Of a DNA stretch of 58,920 nt, positions 14,390-22,765 are shown one piece after another. Both the position numbers and the translations under genes were made by a program. The notes beneath the pieces were generated by a model. The model did not search any database. It was not told the origin of the DNA and saw only the letters and a list, made by a program, of their open reading frames with translations. Each line of letters begins with the position of its first letter. The first letter of the stretch is position 1. The DNA is from a bacterium. Lineage in GTDB: Bacteria > Patescibacteriota > Minisyncoccia > UBA6257 > 2-01-FULL-56-20. The stretch spans positions 1 through 58,920 of the forward strand of contig DAIDAM010000014.1 in the NCBI GenBank assembly GCA_027310625.1, in the 5' to 3' direction.

Positions 14390-15689
14390 GTTTGGCCCCG
14401 AATATATCGTCGAAGTTTATGACCCGGCACTTGGGATGGAGGGGTTTTTAGTTATTGATAACACCGCGCTCGGCCCGGGCAAGGGCGGGATACGGATGAC
14501 TCCGGATGTGACCGCGGAGGAAATTTTCCGGCTGGCGCGAACGATGACGTGGAAAAACGCTCTTGCGGGAATTCCTTTCGGCGGCGCCAAAGCCGGAATT
14601 GTCTGGCCGCCTCGACGTACTCGAGACAGGAGAGACGGTTCGGATGTCCCTTTTAATTCGGATGGGCGCATTCGCCCGCCCGCCTTGCTTCGCAACGCGA
14701 AGCGGGCAGGCAGCGCGCTTTCGGATGCCCTGAAGAAAAAATTTATCCAAAGTTTCGCGCGGAGAATTTCCGTTTTCACGCCGAGGAAATATATTGCCGG
14801 GCCGGACGTTAATACCGGCGAACGGGAAATGAAATGGTTCGTGGAAGCGACGGGGAACTGGCGGAGCGCCACGGGCAAGCCGGCGAATGTTTGCATAGAA
14901 ACTTTCGGCAGGGGAACCGCCCGCCTTAAAGCGGGCGAGCCTCGCCCCGCCAGCTGGCGGGGCGGGAAATGCGGCATACCGCACGAATTCGGCAGCACCG
15001 GTTTCGGTGTCGTGGAATCAACCGAGGTCGCCGCCGAACTTGCCCTCCCAAGTTTCCGAAGCAGAAATTTGGGAGGGTGGGCCGGGATTCCCCTTGAAAA
15101 CGCGACCGTTGCCATTCACGGCTTCGGTAACGTCGGAACGTTTACCTATGAGTTTTTGAGAGCAAAAGGCGCGAAAGTTGTCGCGCTTGCCGACAAAAGC
15201 GGTGCCGTGTTTTCAAAAAACGGATTCGACAGAAAAACGATTGCGGAAGCGATTGCCCGAAAAAAATCTCTAACCGCCGTTTTTCCGAAGTCCAAAATAA
15301 GCGAGAAAAAATTCTGGGGTTTACCGGTGGACATACTGATTCCCGCTTCCGTTACCGACGTCATCAACGATTCCAACAAAAATTCCATCTGCGCCAAAAT
15401 CATTGTCGAAGCCGGAAATATTCCAATGAGCGAGAAAATCGAAAAAGAACTTTTCCGAAAAGGAATTTTGATCATTCCCGATTTTGTCGCCAACGCCGGC
15501 GGCGTAATTTCGTCCTACGCGGAATACCGAGGATACAATCCCAAAAAGATGTTCGATTTGGTCAGCAGAAAAATCAGGGAAGCGACGCGTCTTGTTTTGG
15601 AGCAAAGCATCAAAGAAAAAAGAAATCCCCGCGACGTCGCGATGGAAATCGCCGGTAAAAAAGTTGAAGAGAGAATGAAAAGAATATAA
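14352..15689 (+). CDS. gdh: Glu/Leu/Phe/Val dehydrogenase family enzyme (probable glutamate dehydrogenase)
   Basis: FLVIDNTALGPGKGGIRM, GGAKAGI, AGPDVNTGE and the Rossmann motif AIHGFGNVG. It is interrupted by three palindromic inserts. Confidence 0.85.
   Translation: MPSKKASGIKRDKFGPEYIVEVYDPALGMEGFLVIDNTALGPGKGGIRMTPDVTAEEIFRLARTMTWKNALAGIPFGGAKAGIVWPPRRTRDRRDGSDVPFNSDGRIRPPALLRNAKRAGSALSDALKKKFIQSFARRISVFTPRKYIAGPDVNTGEREMKWFVEATGNWRSATGKPANVCIETFGRGTARLKAGEPRPASWRGGKCGIPHEFGSTGFGVVESTEVAAELALPSFRSRNLGGWAGIPLENATVAIHGFGNVGTFTYEFLRAKGAKVVALADKSGAVFSKNGFDRKTIAEAIARKKSLTAVFPKSKISEKKFWGLPVDILIPASVTDVINDSNKNSICAKIIVEAGNIPMSEKIEKELFRKGILIIPDFVANAGGVISSYAEYRGYNPKKMFDLVSRKIREATRLVLEQSIKEKRNPRDVAMEIAGKKVEERMKRI
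14608..14725. repeat. Insert 1 in gdh (GC-rich palindromes)
   Basis: Contains ctcgacgtactcgag and cccgccttgcttcgcaacgcgaagcgggcagg, read as RRTRDRRDGSDVPFNSDGRIRPPALLRNAKRAGSALS. Boundaries are approximate. Confidence 0.55.
14910..14995. repeat. Insert 2 in gdh (two GC hairpins)
   Basis: Contains cccgccttaaagcgggc, ccccgccagctggcgggg and tgcggcataccgca, read as GTARLKAGEPRPASWRGGKCGIP. Boundaries are approximate. Confidence 0.55.
15043..15077. repeat. Insert 3 in gdh: CCCTCC..GGAGGG hairpin family
   Basis: Sequence is ccctcccaagtttccgaagcagaaatttgggaggg. It belongs to the same family as 26136-26167 and 57004-57036. Confidence 0.65.
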
Positions 15690-15702
15690 AATTAGATCAA
15701 AA

Positions 15703-16887
15703 ATGAACCACGAGCGAGTCCCGACTGCCCAAGAGAGCAAAGAGGCGTCAAATATCGAGAAAGAGCGCGGCTTCGACATAGAATTTTATGTTACCGACCA
15801 CAGCCCAGATAATCCCGATACCGGAAGTCCGGAAAAGTTAAGAGAGCTTTATACCGATATTAAGCGCGACGGCGTTCAATCAGTGCGTTACGACTGGCAT
15901 TGGAGAAATGTTGAGCCGGAAGCAGGAAAATACAGCGACGAACATTTGGAACGCTATAAAGCGGCGAAAGAAATTATGCAGGAAGTTGGACTGGAGGCGC
16001 CAACCATCATTCTTTCCAATCCGCCGAAGTGGGCAGTGGAACTTTATAAAACCGATAAAGGAAAATTTTATGAGGAATTTCGAAAATACGCGGAGCAGGT
16101 AAGAAATTCACTGGCTCAAGCGGGCGGAGAAAAAATCTCCAAGATACAAATTCTGAATGAATTAAACAACAAAGTTTACACCCCGGTTGAAACGGCAGAT
16201 TTGCCGCGGATGTGCGAGATAGCGCGGGAAGTTTTCCGCGAATATAATCCGGACGCAAAACTGATGGCGACGCTTCTTGCCTCCAATACCACAAAGCTCG
16301 TAGGAACGCCGATTGAACAATATCTCCCGGAGTTCAAAAAAGTAAAAGATAATTTTGACATCATCGCAGTGGATTATTATCCGGGAACATGGCATCTCGA
16401 TATTAAAAATCCAAAGTCATGGAGTCCCAAGGAAATTTTCAAAAATATGGTCAAGCAGATGGGGCTTTTGCGCTCTGTGTTTGAAGAAATTTCCGCTTGG
16501 GGCAAGGAATACGAATTGGGAGAAGTGGGGTTGCCGACGAAATTGCCGTGGGGCGGCGAAAAAAGTCAGAGATACTTTTATGACGCTTTTTTCCGCGCCT
16601 ACAAGCAAATGATGGTTGATTTCCGTTCGAGGGGCAAAAAGTTGCCTTCCCGCGTTGGTTTTTATCAAGCAATAGATGAACCGCCAAGGAGTATTTTAAG
16701 CAGGGTGTTAAGAGCGACAACGCCTTTCCCGGAACATGATTTCGGCGTCAGGAAATCAAGCGGCAGAAGAAAATTTGTGCTTCAAGGCAGTCCTCGTCTT
16801 CCTAAAGACGAAAGAACGAGAGCGCAGTCCCGGTTGAGCAAGATAATAAGCTATCTTCGCGCTCCCATGAAAAAGGAAATAATATGA
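15703..16887 (+). CDS. putative TIM-barrel glycoside hydrolase-like protein
   Basis: WHWRNVEPEAGKYSD and ILNELNN (a candidate NE acid/base motif) resemble clan GH-A enzymes. No signal peptide is evident. Confidence 0.45.
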   Translation: MNHERVPTAQESKEASNIEKERGFDIEFYVTDHSPDNPDTGSPEKLRELYTDIKRDGVQSVRYDWHWRNVEPEAGKYSDEHLERYKAAKEIMQEVGLEAPTIILSNPPKWAVELYKTDKGKFYEEFRKYAEQVRNSLAQAGGEKISKIQILNELNNKVYTPVETADLPRMCEIAREVFREYNPDAKLMATLLASNTTKLVGTPIEQYLPEFKKVKDNFDIIAVDYYPGTWHLDIKNPKSWSPKEIFKNMVKQMGLLRSVFEEISAWGKEYELGEVGLPTKLPWGGEKSQRYFYDAFFRAYKQMMVDFRSRGKKLPSRVGFYQAIDEPPRSILSRVLRATTPFPEHDFGVRKSSGRRKFVLQGSPRLPKDERTRAQSRLSKIISYLRAPMKKEII

Positions 16888-17786
16888 AGAATACAAATAT
16901 AGAAAGCAAATCTTCTTTCAGCGAGAGGGAGAAGGGTCCAGAACTTGAAAATTTTTTGAATTTGTTTGATTTCTCAGTTTTTCAAAAACTTCTCGATGAA
17001 GAGTTTAAGAATGCGCAAGCCGATAAAAAGGCAGAAATGGTTTCCCAAAGCAGAATAGATGGAAATGCAGAACCCTATGGCGACTACCGCCCGAAAGACA
17101 AGTCAATAGGAATTAACATTGAAAGGATAAAAAAGCTCGCAGAGAGGAGCGGGGTGGATTGGGACTTGCTTGCAAAGAAAATATTGATACATGAACAACT
17201 CCACGCCGCAACGGATAGAAGTTGCCCTCAAGGAAAGTGGGAGATTAATGAGCATGTAGGCTATGGGAGAATCAGGCGGATTAAGGGAACGCCTATAGGA
17301 AGTGCTTTGTATATGTTGTGGAATGAAGGCGTTACGGAAACATGGGCTAGAGAATTATTGCGTCTTTACATTTCAAGGATTGGCGATAGAAGCACTAAAG
17401 AAGTAGACGATTTTTTTGAGAGGATTGCAGAAGCTAGAAAAACCGAAGCAGAACATCCATATGAAGATGAGATAGACCTTGTAGAAGCTTTTATAGAACG
17501 CTTGCACAAGGAAACAATGGTAGATAAAAGAATAGTACGTAAAGCTGTTATCCACGGCATGATAAGAGGAGAAGGTTTCACAGAGCCCGAGTTTAAAGAA
17601 CTTGCCGAAGATATTTTTCCTTCAGGGTTCTTGGTAGATTTAGCGCTTGCAGAGAGACATAATACAGTTAGGCGTTTGATAGAGGAATTACGCCGTGGAG
17701 GTTCCGGATCATCGATTGCATCACGCACATGGAAACAGCTTATTGAGGGAATTCTTGAGTCAATGGGCAATGTCTACGGACGATAA
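16884..17786 (+). CDS. hypothetical protein with HExxH (HEQLH) zinc-metalloprotease-like motif
   Basis: ILIHEQLHAATD is followed about 36 aa later by NEGVTE. There is a 4-bp ATGA overlap with the upstream gene. The gene is lower in GC and has no palindromic inserts. Confidence 0.45.
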   Translation: MKNTNIESKSSFSEREKGPELENFLNLFDFSVFQKLLDEEFKNAQADKKAEMVSQSRIDGNAEPYGDYRPKDKSIGINIERIKKLAERSGVDWDLLAKKILIHEQLHAATDRSCPQGKWEINEHVGYGRIRRIKGTPIGSALYMLWNEGVTETWARELLRLYISRIGDRSTKEVDDFFERIAEARKTEAEHPYEDEIDLVEAFIERLHKETMVDKRIVRKAVIHGMIRGEGFTEPEFKELAEDIFPSGFLVDLALAERHNTVRRLIEELRRGGSGSSIASRTWKQLIEGILESMGNVYGR

Positions 17787-17825
17787 GATTGAACCTTTGG
17801 AGGTCTTACTTTAATTGATAAATCT

Positions 17826-18554
17826 TTGCTTAAAAACTATTATGACTTGGTGACCAAACTCTCCCGTTCCAAAATCGATTTGCTCGCCGAATGTCCGCGC
17901 TGTTTCTGGCTGGAAATGAAAAAAGGCGTGAAGCGCCCCCAGCCGTTTCCTTACACCATCAATAACGCCGTTGATTACCTGATGAAGCAGGAGTTTGATA
18001 TTTATCGCGAGAAAGGCGAGCCGCATCCGGTGATGGTTGAAAACGAAATAAACGCCGTTCCTTATCAAAACGAAAAACTGAACGAGTGGCGGCACAATTT
18101 CACGGGCATCAGGCATACGCACGAGCCGAGCGGATTCGAAGTGTTCGGGGCGGTGGACGACATCTGGGTCAATCCCGACGGCGAACTTATTGTCGTCGAT
18201 TACAAAGCGACGGGCGCGAACGAGCACAAAGTTCAAGATTCCTACCGCCGGCAGATGGAAGTTTACCAGTGGCTTTTGCGGAAAAACGGATTCGAAGTTT
18301 CGCCCGTCGGGTATTTCGTTTTTGCGAGAGTTAATAAAGGGAATGGTTTTTCCGCCCAAGGCGGATCCGCCTCTGGCGGAGGCAGGCAAGCCGTTTTACC
18401 CTTCAATTTTTTCATTGAGTCGCACAAAGGCGACGATTCCTGGATCGAAGGGATTTTGTCGAAAGCGCGGGAAGTTTTTGATTCCGACGAAGCTCCGAAT
18501 TCCTCCGCGGCTTGTCAGTACTGCGCCTATCGCGAAGGCGCAAATGGTGTCTAA
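17826..18554 (+). CDS. PD-(D/E)XK nuclease family protein (Cas4/RecB-like fold with Cys cluster)
   Basis: An N-terminal CPRCFW, then GAVDDIW...LIVVDYKATG (the D..DxK core), YRRQMEVYQWLL, and a C-terminal CQYCAYR. Confidence 0.7.
   Translation: MLKNYYDLVTKLSRSKIDLLAECPRCFWLEMKKGVKRPQPFPYTINNAVDYLMKQEFDIYREKGEPHPVMVENEINAVPYQNEKLNEWRHNFTGIRHTHEPSGFEVFGAVDDIWVNPDGELIVVDYKATGANEHKVQDSYRRQMEVYQWLLRKNGFEVSPVGYFVFARVNKGNGFSAQGGSASGGGRQAVLPFNFFIESHKGDDSWIEGILSKAREVFDSDEAPNSSAACQYCAYREGANGV
18351..18383. repeat. 33-bp TCCGCC..GGATCC..GGCGGAGGC insert in the nuclease gene
   Basis: Sequence is tccgcccaaggcggatccgcctctggcggaggc, read as SAQGGSASGGG. Confidence 0.75.
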
Positions 18555-18578
18555 TCTCGAGATGTGTCTTCTGATAAT

Positions 18579-18610
18579 CTATTCTAATATTCTTAAGAAT
18601 ATTAGAATAG
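18579..18610. repeat. P32 palindrome, perfect copy
   Basis: Sequence is ctattctaatattcttaagaatattagaatag. Confidence 0.85.
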
Positions 18611-18667
18611 ATTTTTGATTTAATGCATTGACCGAATCTCCGTTTGTAAACAAAGATGATATAATTT

Positions 18668-18994
18668 TTGTACTCCATGGCTTTTATAAAAAAAGAAAAA
18701 GAGCTTTACTGGACCAGCCACAGCAAGTACAAAATGCGCTTTTACGGTTTATCGGAAAATCGTTTGAAGCGCGTAATCAATCATCCCGAAAGAATCGAGG
18801 AGGGAATTGCGCCGGAAACGGTGGCAATGATGCAGCCGGCCGGCAGTAAAAAACATCCGTACGAAATTTGGATTATGATTCAGGACGAGAAAAAACGAAG
18901 GAAAATAATCAGCGCCTGGCGCTATCCAGGGCGCACCAAGCCCGGTCAGCCGCTTCCGGAAGAAATTTTGAAAGAAATCAGAAGCGCGGTTTGA
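18668..18994 (+). CDS. hypothetical small protein
   Basis: A 108-aa ORF (..YWTSHSKYKMRFYGLSENRLKRVINHPERIEEG..). I cannot recognise the family with confidence. Confidence 0.45.
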   Translation: MYSMAFIKKEKELYWTSHSKYKMRFYGLSENRLKRVINHPERIEEGIAPETVAMMQPAGSKKHPYEIWIMIQDEKKRRKIISAWRYPGRTKPGQPLPEEILKEIRSAV

Positions 18995-19046
18995 AAAACT
19001 GATGTCAGATGACAGCGAGATTGAGAAAACGACATTGATAATGAGT

Positions 19047-19084
19047 TACTATTATTTAGTCACAATTGTGATATAATTATAGTA
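19047..19084. repeat. P38 palindrome
   Basis: Sequence is tactattatttagtcacaattgtgatataattatagta. Confidence 0.8.
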
Positions 19085-19116
19085 AATCATAAAATCAAAT
19101 CCCGCGATTCAAAACA

Positions 19117-19150
19117 CAAAGAGCGCTATGACTAGTCATAGCGCTCTTTG
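19117..19150. terminator. Perfect 34-bp palindrome (P22 family CGCTATGACTAGTCATAGCG); likely bidirectional terminator
   Basis: Sequence is caaagagcgctatgactagtcatagcgctctttg, lying between convergent genes. Confidence 0.6.
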
Positions 19151-19240
19151 ATTGTACTCACCTAAATTCACTACTTTTGTACCGAACTTAGGTGAAGCTT
19201 GGTCGGGCAACTGCTTTCCAGACCAAGCTCTGCTTCCGCC

Positions 19241-19840
19241 TCAGGTGAAGTACAGCCGCGCGGCGGCGAGTGCCCACACGAGCGCAATTCCTCCTCCGAC
19301 CTGCATTTTCCCCTGCGTTTCCAAAGTCCAGCGCTTGCTGAACTTTGCGGCGCCGAGGAAAAAGAATGGCGTTAGCAGGAGAGACATCATGACGATGTCG
19401 AACTTGGACACCGGCGGATTGGTCAGGCCAAAGTAGACCACGCCGAACGTCCAAATCACAGCAACCGCGAATAGCCCGTGAATCCATCCCGCGACGGTTG
19501 TGGTTCCGTCATGCGTGTGCGCCTCCGGCGTTACCTTGCCGCCCTCCTGATACATATAGCCAAGGGCGAGCGACGCGGCCAGCGCAATCGCGAGGATCAC
19601 GAAACTCCATGCCGACGACCAGTCCATGCGGTACTTGCCCATGAAGTAGGCGACCATAGGCGAAATCACAAACACATCTGCCCACATCCCGCCGTGCTCC
19701 ATGAAGGACCAGCCGTTCGTCACGCCGCGCGACTGCATCTGCGCCTGCGTGAGGTAGCCGTCAAGCCATGCCGCAATACCCTGCACGACGACCAGCGCTA
19801 CCCCCACGAGGAGGATTGCGAGGAAGATTTTCCAGTCCAC
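19241..19840 (-). CDS. GC-rich integral membrane protein, unknown function
   Basis: GTG start preceded by AAAGGAG. The product has several hydrophobic, Trp-rich helices. Third codon positions are strongly G/C-biased, unlike the neighbouring genes. Confidence 0.6.
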   Translation of the reverse strand: MDWKIFLAILLVGVALVVVQGIAAWLDGYLTQAQMQSRGVTNGWSFMEHGGMWADVFVISPMVAYFMGKYRMDWSSAWSFVILAIALAASLALGYMYQEGGKVTPEAHTHDGTTTVAGWIHGLFAVAVIWTFGVVYFGLTNPPVSKFDIVMMSLLLTPFFFLGAAKFSKRWTLETQGKMQVGGGIALVWALAAARLYFT

Positions 19841-19922
19841 GACCGACTCCTTTATTCATTTGTTTTTGGCGCTCAGCAAATCGTCACAATGACGAACTGC
19901 CAGCCAAAATAAAGCTAATAAA

Positions 19923-19950
19923 AGTGTACCACGAAATAGAAAAAAGTCAA
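19923..19950 (-). promoter_or_regulatory. Candidate sigma70-type promoter TTGACT-N16-TACACT
   Basis: Minus-strand reading of 19923-19950, upstream of the GC-rich membrane gene. Confidence 0.4.
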
Positions 19951-19986
19951 GGATTCCGGTACAAAGCAAGTGAACCGATTGAGCGT

Positions 19987-20024
19987 TACTATAATATAAT
20001 CACAATTGTGATATAATTATAGTA
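19987..20024. repeat. P38 palindrome between divergent genes
   Basis: Sequence is tactataatataatcacaattgtgatataattatagta. The right arm contains TGATATAAT. Confidence 0.8.
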
Positions 20025-20104
20025 ATTAGTTACTAGTTATCAGTTATCAGGGATTAGCGACTAATAATAAGATAACGGAAACTAAAAGCCGGTGACTATA
20101 AAGA

Positions 20105-20677
20105 ATGAAAAAAACATATTTTCTCTATGTTATAATTTTTCTAATTGCGGTTGCTGTCGGAGTTTCTTTTTTACCCCGGAAAACTTCTTCTCCGGTAACC
20201 TCCATTGAAATTAAAAATCAAACCTCGATGAATATCTCGAGCAAAGAATTTCAAAATGGCGACCCGATTCCGGCGAAGTTCACCTGTCAAGGCGAAAACA
20301 TCAATCCCGAACTGAAAATCGACGGCGTTCCCGCCGAAGCGAAAAGTTTGGCGCTGATTATGGACGACCCCGACGCGACGGGAGGCGTCACGTGGGTTCA
20401 CTGGCTCTTGTGGAATATAAATCCCCAAACTGCTTACATCGGAGAAAACGCTGTTCCGGAAGGAGTGATCGAAGGCAAAACAAGTTTTAACACGACCGGC
20501 TACGGCGGCCCTTGTCCTCCGGCGGGCGGCAAGCCGCACCGGTACTTTTTCAAACTTTACGCGCTGGACGCGGCGCTGGATTTGAAAACCAGCGCGACTA
20601 AAGCGGATATGGAAAAAGCGATGGCCGGACATATCATCGCCGAAACGCAGTTGATGGGAACTTATGTGAAGAAATAA
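20105..20677 (+). CDS. YbhB/YbcL (PEBP/Raf-kinase-inhibitor-like) family protein
   Basis: N-terminal signal/anchor, then ALIMDDPDA, WVHWLLWNI and HRYFFKLYALD. Confidence 0.85.
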   Translation: MKKTYFLYVIIFLIAVAVGVSFLPRKTSSPVTSIEIKNQTSMNISSKEFQNGDPIPAKFTCQGENINPELKIDGVPAEAKSLALIMDDPDATGGVTWVHWLLWNINPQTAYIGENAVPEGVIEGKTSFNTTGYGGPCPPAGGKPHRYFFKLYALDAALDLKTSATKADMEKAMAGHIIAETQLMGTYVKK

Positions 20678-20727
20678 TCATCGGTCTGCAGGATTATTTT
20701 TTATCTAGTGAAATGTGAAAATTTCTG

Positions 20728-20756
20728 CCGCTATGACTAGTCATAGCGGTGTTTTG
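20728..20756 (+). terminator. P22-family hairpin plus T-run
   Basis: Sequence ccgctatgactagtcatagcgg is followed by tgttttg. Confidence 0.6.
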
Positions 20757-20826
20757 ATGCGATTTGTACTACTAAAACTAATAAGATAATAAGAATTGTT
20801 AATAAAAATAATTGTATAATTGGGGT

Positions 20827-22008
20827 ATGCAGAGAGGGATTGCGACATTTACTTTAGACAACGGCCGTTGTCCGCGGTGGCTTTTTGAACGGATGGTCAA
20901 GCTCGGACGCGAGATGACCGACGTTTTGGTCGCCGAACTCGGGCCGGACGAATTCGTCAAACGCATTGCCGACCCGGTTTGGTTTCAGTCGCTCGGGACG
21001 GTGCTCGCGTTCGATTGGAACGCTTCCGGCTTGACGACAATTTTGACGGCGGCGCTAAAAGAAGCGATTCGCGGCAGAGAAAGGGAGCTCGGCATTTTCA
21101 TTTGCGGCGGCAAAGGAAAAACATCGCGGAAGACCCCGGAGGAAATAAAAAATTGGGGTTCACGATTGAGTTTGCCGGGTGGAGTCGTCAGCAATCTCTC
21201 CTACAATTCGCGGATGGCGGCGAAAGTGGACTCCGCTTTAATTCAGGACGGCTTTCAGATTTATCATCACTCGTTTTTCTTTTCGCGTTCTGGCGCATGG
21301 GCTGTTGTCCAGCAGGGAATGAACCAAAACGCCGGCACGGCGCGGCGTTATCACTGGTTTTCGGAAAACGCGAAGGACTTGGTGCGCGAACCGCACAGCG
21401 GCATCGCGTCGCAGACAAACGCAGACCACACCTTGAACATGGTCGCTCTAAAAAGCGAAAACTCCCGCGCCTTGAGCGTGGAACTCGCCAACTCGCCGTA
21501 CACCGGTTTAATGAAAGATATTCAAATCCTCCGCCGCCATTTTTCGCGTTTGAGTCAGATGTTTTCTGCGGGAAACGGGCAGGGAGATTTATTTACCGCG
21601 CTGAATTTGTATCGCGGCGAGTTCAGGCATCATCCGGTTGAAAACGAAGATTTTACTCGCAGTAAATATCTCGAAAAAATTCTTCAGAAAGTTACTTATG
21701 AAAAACCGGCGAATTACGAAAAATTTTTGGCGATGCAGGGCGTCGGACCGAAAACCGTCCGCGCCCTCGCGCTCGTCGGCGAGGTAATTTACGGCGCCGA
21801 GCCGTCGTACGAAGACCCGGCGCGCTACAGCTTCGCGTTCGGCGGCAAAGACGCGACGCCCTATCCCGTGGACAGAACGACATACGACAAAGCGATTTCG
21901 CTGATGCACAAAGCCGCTTGCAGCGAGCTTAGTCGAACCGTGAAAAAATCCAAAATTGATTTTTCGGAAAAGGAAAAAATTGTCAGGCGCTTGGAGAAAA
22001 AGCTTTGA
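20827..22008 (+). CDS. DUF763-like protein
   Basis: MQRGIATFTLDNGRCPRWLFERMVKLGREM...FQSLGTVLAFDWNASGLTT resembles the conserved DUF763 N-terminus. This is from memory and was not searched. Confidence 0.6.
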   Translation: MQRGIATFTLDNGRCPRWLFERMVKLGREMTDVLVAELGPDEFVKRIADPVWFQSLGTVLAFDWNASGLTTILTAALKEAIRGRERELGIFICGGKGKTSRKTPEEIKNWGSRLSLPGGVVSNLSYNSRMAAKVDSALIQDGFQIYHHSFFFSRSGAWAVVQQGMNQNAGTARRYHWFSENAKDLVREPHSGIASQTNADHTLNMVALKSENSRALSVELANSPYTGLMKDIQILRRHFSRLSQMFSAGNGQGDLFTALNLYRGEFRHHPVENEDFTRSKYLEKILQKVTYEKPANYEKFLAMQGVGPKTVRALALVGEVIYGAEPSYEDPARYSFAFGGKDATPYPVDRTTYDKAISLMHKAACSELSRTVKKSKIDFSEKEKIVRRLEKKL

Positions 22009-22040
22009 TTTTTGAGAGTTTCTCTTGTGGATTTTTGGAT

Positions 22041-22069
22041 TTGACCCGATTTATCGGTTGTTTTAGGAT
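22041..22069 (+). promoter_or_regulatory. Candidate promoter TTGACC-N17-TAGGAT
   Basis: Upstream of the GC-rich ORF at 22164. Confidence 0.4.
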
Positions 22070-22163
22070 TTTTTAATCGGACCCAAGGGGTAAGAGTAAT
22101 CACGAGGATACGGTCTGATAGGCAGCTATTTGTCAAAACCCACTGACTGGAAAGGGAACGAAA

Positions 22164-22748
22164 GTGAATAGGATAACGACTCTGGTAGTTGGGCCACTGG
22201 TCGAGCAGAAGGTGAAGGAGCTGGCCGGGCTTTTTCTGAAGGAGGTTCTGAAGAGCGGCGGGAAGCTCGTGTGGCATCCGCGGAAGGTTCTGAAGTACTA
22301 CGACCTCCACCCGTGGAAGAAGATCTGGGAAATGAAAATCGGAGAGAACGAGAAAGGAGAGATCGTTTTATCCGGCGGTCCGATTTACCTCACTGTTGTG
22401 GAGGCAGAAAGACCCGACGCGGTCGTGGATCGTCAAGGTGTTCTCCTTGTGCAGTTCGTCGATATGCGGAAGTCGATCAGTATCGAGAGTGATAGCAACG
22501 GGAATCCCGTGTTGAACATTTCCTTACACGTGAAGCCGTCCCACATGCGGGGCATCGTGCACCAGCTGATCGCCGATCACGTGGTCAACGGGAGGACTGA
22601 AGAGTACATTATGGCCGGCAGGAGAGCGGTTGAGAACGAAAAACGACGAAAGGCCGACGAGGACGAAAAACGGCGAAGGGCCGAGCGGAGGGCGGAGAGA
22701 ACAGAACGGAAACGTGAAGAAGCGAGGCATCGCCTCTACCCCCAGTAG
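22164..22748 (+). CDS. GC-rich hypothetical protein with Lys/Arg/Glu-rich C-terminal tail
   Basis: GTG start. The last ~45 aa are AVENEKRRKADEDEKRRRAERRAERTERKREEARHR. A terminator follows the gene. Confidence 0.5.
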   Translation: MNRITTLVVGPLVEQKVKELAGLFLKEVLKSGGKLVWHPRKVLKYYDLHPWKKIWEMKIGENEKGEIVLSGGPIYLTVVEAERPDAVVDRQGVLLVQFVDMRKSISIESDSNGNPVLNISLHVKPSHMRGIVHQLIADHVVNGRTEEYIMAGRRAVENEKRRKADEDEKRRRAERRAERTERKREEARHRLYPQ

Positions 22749-22765
22749 TTCCGGCAGGGTTCAGC

